From an uncultured bacterium (lineage in GTDB: Bacteria > Fidelibacterota > Marinisomatia > Marinisomatales > UBA1611): a stretch of DNA of 64,000 nucleotides. Position 1 is the first letter of the stretch. The number at the start of each line of letters is the position of its first letter. Positions 10,418-18,374 of the stretch are shown here, one piece after another. The stretch spans positions 320,001 to 384,000 of the forward strand of contig CALSPG010000005.1 in assembly GCA_943788175.1 (NCBI GenBank). Direction: 5' to 3'. The notes below the pieces were generated by a model. The model saw only the letters and a list, made by a program, of their open reading frames with translations, was not told the origin of the DNA and did no database searches. The position numbers were made by a program, and so were the translations under genes.

Positions 10418-10738
10418 TTGTTAAGATTTGGTGTTGATATTATTGAAATTGATTCATTCCCATCTTTTATTAAAGGTAAGGATGATTCTTTCTTTTTGTA
10501 TAATTATACAAAAAGCGAAATAGAATTTGCTAAAAACAAACTCAACCCGGATATTGAGTTTGTTAAAATGTTTTCAATTAAAGAGTCTCTTGTCAAGTCA
10601 GACAATTTATTAGTAGGAAAGAATTTTAATAAAATAGAATTGTCATTTGTTGGGGATTGTTATATTTATAATGATTACAAGATAACTACATCAACTGCGA
10701 ACAATAATTGCATATCATTTGTTTTAAGCACTACGTAA
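10418..10738 (+). CDS. AcpS-type 4'-phosphopantetheinyl transferase
   Basis: GVDII and FSIKESLVK motifs, 106 aa. Confidence 0.8.
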   Translation: MLRFGVDIIEIDSFPSFIKGKDDSFFLYNYTKSEIEFAKNKLNPDIEFVKMFSIKESLVKSDNLLVGKNFNKIELSFVGDCYIYNDYKITTSTANNNCISFVLSTT

Positions 10739-10873
10739 TCTTTTGTAGGCATAATAATTGGTTTAATGTTATGGAGGTGTAAGTAGGGTATGCTTTAAAA
10801 CGGAGGATGAACAGATGAACACTTATTACATATACTACCTACACTATTGAGATGTATGGATTTATATATAAAC

Positions 10874-11773
10874 CTAATTAAGGAGTTCGGGGTAGTCATC
10901 AATATCATCTAAACTATCACTTAAATATTTGGCATCATCGTTACGAAGTAAGTGAGGTGCATATAGAACTAATAGATTAAGAATAGTTTTATCAGTACAT
11001 CCATAGTGTTCAGATAATTTCTTCTTATTGATGTTTCCATTCTTTTTAAATCTGATCGAGTCTACAACCTTTTCTAATCTTCCACTTTCTAAGTCTTCTT
11101 GAAATGCAACTTCGTATCTTTTATTTTTGTATTTCTTTTTTAACTCACGCTCTTTTAATAAGGCTTGTGTTGTTACCCTTAATTGATTTTCTAAAACACT
11201 TGCAGAAGTATGTACCACGGGTTTTTCTGTTTCAGATAAATTTGGTAAAGTATTTGCATCAAGTAAGGTAGGGGCAAAGTCTATCATAACACCCTTTACT
11301 TGAAACCAATTTTCAAATTCTAATTTAGGTTTATAAAGAATATGTTCATCAGATATGAACTTGCTTCTGCCGTCATTAAAACTTTTAGGTAACATATTAA
11401 TTATCCAAGTGTATATCATTTTATTAAAGGCTATACAAAAGTTCTTATTATCAAGATTCAAACCTTTGATGTAAGAATATTGATTATCAAGAGTAACTTG
11501 ATGAACTAATTTTTCTCCTTGCTTATATTTCCAAGTAGTTGGCTGATTGAAATAAACATTAAAAGAATACAATGGGAACTCATATTCTTCACCATAACCC
11601 CATTTCTGATAATTCGCTTCGATACCTAATTCATTTTGTTGCTCATTATAGAACTGATTGAAGTCTTGAATCTTTTTATTGATTCTTGTTAAAACTCTTA
11701 ATCTGTCTTTCTCATCTCCCCTTATCCATTCATCGGTATAGGGTTTTGTTATCTCTCCTATCAGTAAACTCAA
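10874..11773 (-). CDS. Hypothetical protein with a possible C-terminal HTH (candidate element regulator)
   Basis: 299 aa ORF; KKKLSEHYGCTDKTILNLL is HTH-like; divergent from xis. Confidence 0.55.
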   Translation of the reverse strand: MSLLIGEITKPYTDEWIRGDEKDRLRVLTRINKKIQDFNQFYNEQQNELGIEANYQKWGYGEEYEFPLYSFNVYFNQPTTWKYKQGEKLVHQVTLDNQYSYIKGLNLDNKNFCIAFNKMIYTWIINMLPKSFNDGRSKFISDEHILYKPKLEFENWFQVKGVMIDFAPTLLDANTLPNLSETEKPVVHTSASVLENQLRVTTQALLKERELKKKYKNKRYEVAFQEDLESGRLEKVVDSIRFKKNGNINKKKLSEHYGCTDKTILNLLVLYAPHLLRNDDAKYLSDSLDDIDDYPELLN

Positions 11774-11949
11774 CCTTGTTTGTTATATACCCCACCCCAA
11801 GCAAAATTAATAGGGAGTAGTTCTTTTAGTTTATCATTATCGATATAATCTGAATTAATCTTATTAGCCTCACACATTTTGTAGATCATTTCTATCAATC
11901 CTATTTGTTCATAGGCATCTTGTAATGTAGGTGTTTTCTTTTCTTCCAT
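11770..11949 (-). CDS. Small hypothetical protein (59 aa)
   Basis: ATG at 11949; stop overlaps the start of the 299 aa gene. Confidence 0.5.
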   Translation of the reverse strand: MEEKKTPTLQDAYEQIGLIEMIYKMCEANKINSDYIDNDKLKELLPINFAWGGVYNKQG

Positions 11950-11958
11950 ATTTCTTTT

Positions 11959-11992
11959 TTCGGAGTAATTCCGAAATAATTCGGATTTCGGA
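11959..11992. promoter_or_regulatory. Array of four TTCGGA/TCCGAA hexamers in the divergent control region
   Basis: Copies at 11959, 11970 (inverted), 11980, 11987. Confidence 0.55.
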
Positions 11993-12066
11993 TGGCGCGA
12001 ATTTATGATGTAATAGGGTATGGCACAACTAATCAAGGTTGGTCATAAACCAATAGGAAATGAATA

Positions 12067-12285
12067 ATGGAAATAAGAATAGTTGAATTATTAAATGAAA
12101 TAAGAACTCTAATACTTGGCAAGGTAAATGAGAGATGGTTGAATCTCAGAGATGTATCTGAATACACATCTGTTTCAGAAAGTACAATTCGTAGGGCAAT
12201 CAAAAAAGGTGTCCTTAAATCATCAAACAAAACGGGAAGATTACTTTTTAAAGTATCTGATGTTGATAGGTGGCTGAACTCATAA
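12067..12285 (+). CDS. Excisionase/AlpA-like HTH DNA-binding protein
   Basis: WLNLRDVSEYTSVSESTIRRAIKKG...LLFKVSDVDRWL, HTH_17-like pattern. Confidence 0.88.
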   Translation: MEIRIVELLNEIRTLILGKVNERWLNLRDVSEYTSVSESTIRRAIKKGVLKSSNKTGRLLFKVSDVDRWLNS

Positions 12286-14206
12286 TGGATTACACCCATA
12301 TCTTTGAAAGAGACTTCAAATAGAAGTTAATAAGCGAAGTGGGATTCAATGGCAAGGTAGATGTCCATTACCAAGCCACGAAGATAGAAAAGCATCCTTT
12401 TCTTGGAATATAGATAACGGACTATGGAAATGTCACGGGTGCTTTGAATCGGGGAATGCTTATCAATTAGCAGAAATATTAGGTATAGCAAACCCATCCC
12501 AATATATAGAAAAAGAAACGGGGGGATATAGGAACAACCCCCCTCCAATACAGAAAGTTAATGTAATGAGTAGTGAAGAACTCGATGCACTTAAAAAAAA
12601 GTATCACTCAAATCTAACTGAACAAGATACCACATTTACCAATCCATATACAATACACGGAAGACGGGATGATGGGAATTTAGTTTTCTTTCTACCCGAT
12701 GCAATTAAGCATCACAAGTCTCAACCATATTGGGAGGGCAACAATAAGAAGTGTCAAATATTTGGTAGTGAATATCTTGCTGAGATAGATGCGAATGATA
12801 CTCTATACATATTCGAGGGAGAAAAAGAAGTATGTTACTCTCCATACAAGGGAATCAGTTTCACGGCTGGTGCTGGAAATGTTCCCGAAGACTTATCTCA
12901 ATTATACGCCTATAAAGATATTTGCATCATTCCCGATAATGATGATGCTGGATATAAGGGTGCTGATAAATGGGCAAAGGTCTGTTCAAGTAAATGGGGT
13001 GCATCCGTAAGGATTGCACAATGGGATGAGACACTCCCAAAAGGTTACGATGTGTATGATGATTATGTCCGTTCAACAAATGGAGATGAAGATTACATAT
13101 TTGATGAAACCGATAAGGCAATCAGCAAAGCAATCCCCTTTAAAGAAAATAACCACAAAACTGAAATTGGAGGTTTCAATACAATGGCAATAAACAACTA
13201 CATACAAACATATCAAGATGAAGAAGTAAGTCATATCATAGATGGATTATTAGTTAAAGGAGGTGTGACAATCCTTGCTGGTTCTGATGGAGTTGGTAAG
13301 TCTTGGTTAGGTTTACAAATGGGATTCTGTATCTCAAATGGAAATGAGTTCTTAGGTTGGGAAACAAAGAAGATGCCCGTTCTGCTTATTCAATTTGAAT
13401 TAGGTACGGCTCAACTGAAAGATAGATTACAGATACTATCTAAATCCTATGATATGAATACTGATTTCAATGTGGTAGACCTATCAGATGAAGACCTCAT
13501 CTTTACAGATGCTTGGGATAAGATAGAACAGACTATTGATAATCAATCTTTTACGGATGGAGTTATCATTGTAGATAATCTATATGCAAGTACTGATAAG
13601 GATGTATCTCAAAATCACGAACTCAAACCTATCTTAAAAAAGATAAGAAAGTTGTGTGTGGAGTATGACAATGCTTTTGTCTTGATTGCTCATCACAATA
13701 AGAACGAAAAAGATGATGAGCCGATCCTGACAAAAAAACTGATAACGGGAGGGAAGACACTTACAAATTTCCCCAACAATGTTATTCAAGTTGGCAGTAG
13801 CAGTTTAGGTAATGACATCTTTAGAGGCAAGATTACAAAGATAAGAGATAAAGGTAGTGATTTAATAAACATTCCTTTTATCCTCAACTTTGACCAAGAC
13901 ACTTGTGTTTTTTCAAGGGGTGTAATCATTGTATCTGAGATACTTCATTGCCAACCCATTAAAAAGAGATGGGAATATGAATTGCTTATAGACTTCCTTG
14001 CCTATCAATCTAATGAGGCGTTTACTCGTTCAAGGTTATGGCAATTCCTATCTACAAAAGACGGATGGGAAAAGACTCCATCAAATCAAACTAAGGTTAC
14101 AAGGTTTCTAAGTAGAATGAAAACTTGGGGATTCATTATAGAGCGTGAATACAATCTGTATGAATTAAGCCTTGAAGATATAAGGAGGCTGGAAGAAGAA
14201 AGATGA
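12285..14206 (+). CDS. Primase-helicase (CHC2 Zn finger + Toprim + RecA/AAA_25-like helicase), with one indel near 12310
   Basis: Frame upstream of 12566 reads CPLPSHED...WKCHGC; Toprim EGEKE and DNDDAG; Walker A GSDGVGKS, Walker B IIVDN; ATG overlaps the xis stop (TAATG). Confidence 0.85.
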
Positions 14207-14225
14207 TTTACGGGGGGTGAATATA

Positions 14226-14294
14226 GTGTTTAAGTGTTCATCTTAGGTGCTTATGTATTCCCCTCTCAAATGAACAGATAAACAGACTTAACCA
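14226..14294. repeat. Inverted iteron-like repeats (candidate replication origin)
   Basis: GTGTTTAAGTGTTCATC facing ATGAACAGATAAACAG just after the helicase stop; same motif at 10806-10825. Confidence 0.55.
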
Positions 14295-14698
14295 TACATA
14301 GCAAGAGGATTTAAAGATAATGGAATATAAAGTAATGGACTTTCAAAAATATACAGACTACTTAGGTGATAGGTGGGATGATACTATTGAAATGGGAAAG
14401 TTTGATACCTATGAAATGGCATTGGAATCGAATGAGTATCATTGAGCAAGACCTTGCAAACGGGTAAGAATGGATTGCCTAAAGATAGTACTTTAGAACT
14501 AATTCAATTCGTAACAGAGTCACATCATACGGGTGGTAATAAGTCTTAATGAAGATGGCTGGATTGTGGTACTACACAAACCCGATATTGTTACAGATGT
14601 TACAAATGTTACAGATGGCTCAGAAGTAGGTACTCAAGCACACGCTGAACAGGAGGTAAACTAGGGCTATCTCTCACTCAGAACAGAGAGACATCGAC

Positions 14699-15058
14699 TT
14701 GTCAAAACTTGACATTGAAGATGATATTTTCCCCCCTAAAAAAGGTGCAGATGAGGATAGTAACTCCCCCAATTTTGGCAGAGGTCAGCATCCTAATTCA
14801 AAGAAGAATCTGAAGCCATTATGAGAAAGGTGTTAGTGGTAATCCATCGGGTAAACCAAAAAAGGTAGCACAATTAAAAGAGGTCTTAGATTGGTGGGGT
14901 AGGCTTAACTGAATATGATAATTGGTCTTGGGATAAATACACCAATAGAGCAAATGGTAGTCAAAGGTATATGGAAAAGAGCAACCTCATGGTAATAGAC
15001 AAGACTTAGATATTTGCTATCACTTGGATTACTTGATTCAGACAAGTTTAAAGACTAA
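14699..15058 (+). pseudogene. Frameshifted DUF5681/terminase-small-subunit-like gene
   Basis: Reads HPNSKKNLKP/YEKGVSGNPSGKPKK across a 1-nt shift, matching the NLKPFKKGQSGNPxGRP motif. Confidence 0.6.
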
Positions 15059-15200
15059 TTTAGGAACGCTTAAATCAACATGTTAAATATACCTAAATAC
15101 AATTCCCCCTATGAGATGTGGTCAGCAGTAATGCCCCAAACGATTTCAACATGTTATCGTAAGCCATCTTTGGGGGGATGTAGGTAATAGGAGTCAGCAT

Positions 15201-16316
15201 ATGGCTACATATATAAAACAAAGAAAACGTCAGTACTCATCCCGTATTCAATGGAGAGACTGAGAATGGTAATAAGAGAGAACGAAAAATACCTCTTAAA
15301 ACTTCTTCTAAATCTGTTGCAGTAGTCAGAAACAATGAAGTAACGAAAGTTGAAGATACTATTATCGATGGAGATAATTGGTCTTTTGCTTGGATGAATG
15401 ATGATGGTAAAAGTTAAACTAATTAGATTATCTATTAGCGAGGCTTATGAAGAATATAGGATTGTCCAAAACATAGATGGAGTGAGAGCGTCTACGCTCG
15501 ATCGAGTTGATAACTCTATGAAGACACTATATAAAGTCTTTGGAGAGAACTATCCAATAGCATCATTAACATACTCGCATATAGAACAATTCAAAGAGTA
15601 TTGGCACGGAACACATCAACCAACTACAATGAATATTAATCTATCAAAGATTAAAGCGTTTCATAATTGGTGTCTTAAAAAAAGATATACTATAAAAGAT
15701 GTAGAGTTTAAGATGGTTAAGGAAGATGAAAAGCCTCCACAATATCTAACAGATGCTGAGTTTAAAAGCATAATGAAATGTGATATAATAGATGACCATT
15801 TCAAGAAAGCATTTGTATTCTATTTGTATACGGGTTGTAGAAAAACAGAACCATTTATTGCAGACTTAAATGGTAATTGGCTTACAATCAAATCAACAGA
15901 TGCTAAGTCTCACAGAACTCGTGATATTGAATTAAATGAAGTAACTAAGGGCATAGTTCAAGATATGAGAGATAGGTATCATTACTATATGGATGAATAT
16001 GCACAGAAACCAAGAAATGTGATTATGAACTATGGTAAGCAGTTCAAAAAGGCTTGTAGATACTTAGGTATCAAGGGCAAGACCTTACATTCATTGAGAC
16101 ATACTTATGCAGTTAGACGCTGGGCAATCACGGGAGACATTAAGATGGTATCTCAAGAGATTGGTCATAGTCTCAGTAGTGATGACAGAGAAGTATGCTA
16201 AGTTCAATCTTAGAAAGTTAAGAGATGATTTCCCCTCATTAAAAGAGCGTATCAATCTTAGACTTACTCCACCAAGTGAAGACTCATATTTTACTACGCT
16301 TTTAAATGCTATTTAG
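15201..16316 (+). CDS. Tyrosine integrase, three apparent 1-nt frameshifts (~15260, ~15410, ~16170)
   Basis: RBS AGGAG, ATG 15201; TGCRKTE, HSLRHTYA, IGHS/SVVMTEKY with the catalytic Tyr in the next frame; adjacent to attR. Confidence 0.9.
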
Positions 16317-16415
16317 AGGCATAAAATGGCAAAGAGGACACGTTTTGGAGGATACACCTAATAGACCTAAAATGCTAAGTGTAGTAATATATGTAGTTAG
16401 GAGTTAAAAACGCTG

Positions 16416-16650
16416 AGAGCGTTGCCCTTACAAGGCAGATGTCGGGAGTTCGAATCTCTCAACGCCCACTCCTCAGAAACCCTCGTTTATTGACGGGGGT
16501 TTTTGTTTTTCTACAAGTCTGTCAAAGTCGTCATTCCTTATCATTGTATGACATTTATAATAGGAACTTTGGAGGCTACCAAGCCCTAATTCAATTACTT
16601 ATTTCAACCAAAGTAGGGGGGCATACCCCGTTTGATAGGTCGGTAGGTAT
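16416..16650 (+). repeat. Right copy (attR: 3' part of tRNA-Val plus ~180 bp)
   Basis: Matches 6450-6688; lacks the tRNA 5' end. Confidence 0.93.
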
Positions 16651-16714
16651 CTTTGATTTAAAATTTTATGTTTTTATTGAAAAGAACTATCGGAAGAAAT
16701 AACTATAAATGTAA

Positions 16715-16759
16715 ATATTTTGAGGTTCAAACTTTGAATAAATTCAAACCTCAAAATAT
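16715..16759. terminator. Hairpin downstream of the cold-shock gene
   Basis: 13-bp inverted repeat ATATTTTGAGGTT / AACCTCAAAATAT. Confidence 0.55.
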
Positions 16760-16789
16760 CATTTTTAATAAAAAAGTTACTAGAGTAGT

Positions 16790-17002
16790 CTATTTAGGTA
16801 CTACGTTTGTTGCGCAAGGACCTTTATCAGAAGAACCTTCTTCATAATCAACTTCCTGCCCGTCTCTTAAGGTTTTGTACCCATCCATTTGAATCTCATT
16901 CATATGAACAAATAAGTCTTTATCACCATCTTTTGGTGCTATAAATCCAAATCCTTTTTTATCATTGAACCATTTTACGGTTCCTTCTTTTACATCACTC
17001 AT
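16790..17002 (-). CDS. cspA: Cold-shock protein
   Basis: GTVKWFN, KGFGFI (RNP1), LFVH (RNP2). Confidence 0.95.
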   Translation of the reverse strand: MSDVKEGTVKWFNDKKGFGFIAPKDGDKDLFVHMNEIQMDGYKTLRDGQEVDYEEGSSDKGPCATNVVPK

Positions 17003-17159
17003 TTTATTATTTTCCTACTTTTGTTTATTTATTCAATTATTACTTATTTAATTGAATACTGCAATTTAATACTGTTATTACATAAATAAATTTAATTATT
17101 ATTTAAGTCTATAAAAAAATATATTGCATAGTTTAATCACATTATCACAATTTTTGATA

Positions 17160-17483
17160 ATGAAAAAATCGATAAATAAATTCATTTTAACTGGGATAGC
17201 TCTTTTATTTTTTAGCTCGATTTTTCATTTAGATCATACTCCGGCGCACGAGCATCAAAATGGATACAACATATGCAATATAGGATGTAAGGATATTGAG
17301 CATCATTCTTATTCTCATCAATGTGAAAAGTGTTTAAGCAAAACCCAAAGATATGTAAGTGTAAATCTTTTTGATTTATCACTTCATAACAACTCAACAT
17401 CATTTGACAATCCTAAAGACATTACTTTTTCTAAATTCATAAATTTTAATTCAAATAAAAGAGCCCCACCCATTATCCTTTAG
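17160..17483 (+). CDS. His/Cys-rich leader protein ending in RAPP (DUF2946/CruR-like arrest peptide), copy A
   Basis: N-terminal hydrophobic segment, HEH-GYNIC-x3-C-x4-HH-x5-CEKC, C-terminal KRAPPIIL. Confidence 0.8.
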   Translation: MKKSINKFILTGIALLFFSSIFHLDHTPAHEHQNGYNICNIGCKDIEHHSYSHQCEKCLSKTQRYVSVNLFDLSLHNNSTSFDNPKDITFSKFINFNSNKRAPPIIL

Positions 17484-17673
17484 ATTTTATTAAAGGAGCA
17501 ACAGTTTCAGTAAAAATACATTTTGTATGCAATGAGTGCATGCCAGTTTCGTATTTGTCGTAAACATCTATCATCAATTTTTCAGTAATGATTATAATTG
17601 AATTATGATTGAGAAATTTGATGCTCCTAAATCTTTGTTCAAAAATATCTTTTGAAAATCATAAAGGAAACAA

Positions 17674-18087
17674 ATGATGTTAAATTCAATAAATATTTCG
17701 ATAAAAAATATTAAAGTAGATAGTCTTGGCGCTTTGGTAAGCGGCTTATGCATGTTGCATTGTCTTGCAACGCCAATCTTTTTTATTGCTTCAGCTTGTT
17801 CAGCAGCATGTTGTAACTTTGCTCCAACTTGGTGGCAATCATTAGATTATATTTTTCTAGTTATTTCTCTTTTTGCTGTAATCCAAGCATCTAGAAATTC
17901 AAATAGTTCATTGGTTCCTAGGGGGCTACTAGCTAGTTGGTTAGGGTTAGGTTTTTTTATATTGAACGCTAAGTTTGGTTGGATTAGCGTTCATCAGAAT
18001 ATTAAGTTTATTCCTGCGTTTCTTCTTATTGGATTTCATCTATACAATATGAAGTACTGTCAATGTGAGAGCAATGAATGTTGCTAA
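17674..18087 (+). CDS. MerC-domain membrane protein
   Basis: DSLGALVSGLCMLHCLATP MerC signature, 4 hydrophobic segments, Cys-rich tail. Confidence 0.82.
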   Translation: MMLNSINISIKNIKVDSLGALVSGLCMLHCLATPIFFIASACSAACCNFAPTWWQSLDYIFLVISLFAVIQASRNSNSSLVPRGLLASWLGLGFFILNAKFGWISVHQNIKFIPAFLLIGFHLYNMKYCQCESNECC

Positions 18088-18121
18088 ATTATTTAATGTT
18101 TTTTTAATGAGAGGATGAAGA

Positions 18122-18370
18122 ATGAAAGAAAATGAATTTCCACTTCTAAAGATTACAAATATTGATTGGGATCCAGATCATGAAGAATTTGAAAAATTAC
18201 CCAAAAAATTAGAGCTTAAATGGGATAAAAAAAATTGGACCATCGATGATGTTTCAAACTGGTTAAGTCTTGAATTTGACTGGGTTTTTAACAGTCTTAA
18301 TATTAATCAAGTTGGAATTTGGGAGAATGGTGGTTGTAGTTGCTGCGCTGGCGGATGTAGTTGCTGCTAA
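18122..18370 (+). CDS. Small acidic protein with a tandem GGCSCC tail
   Basis: RBS GAGG; ends GGCSCCAGGCSCC. Confidence 0.7.
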   Translation: MKENEFPLLKITNIDWDPDHEEFEKLPKKLELKWDKKNWTIDDVSNWLSLEFDWVFNSLNINQVGIWENGGCSCCAGGCSCC

Positions 18371-18374
18371 ATTT

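Larger units (their letters stand above)
6457..16470. mobile_element. ~10 kb tRNA-Val-integrated element, phage-satellite-like (PICI/P4/tycheposon-type gene content)
   Basis: Duplicated tRNA 3' half at both ends, integrase next to attR, xis-like HTH, primase-helicase, TerS-like remnant, no virion genes. Confidence 0.88.

Noticed and set aside
16416-16468. Second tRNA-Val gene
   Set aside because: Lacks the 5' acceptor strand and most of the D-arm; it is the attR duplication
16439-16702. 87 aa ORF over attR (and the 6589-6888 minus-strand ORF)
   Set aside because: They overlap the tRNA fragment, terminator or repeat and show no protein features
17484-17673. NiCo or cobalamin riboswitch before the merC-like gene
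   Set aside because: Could not match the conserved cores; pairing is better explained by anti-SD/RBS sequestration (an Rfam scan would settle it)
17674-18087. Mercury resistance operon
   Set aside because: No merA, merR or merT; context is nutrient-metal uptake
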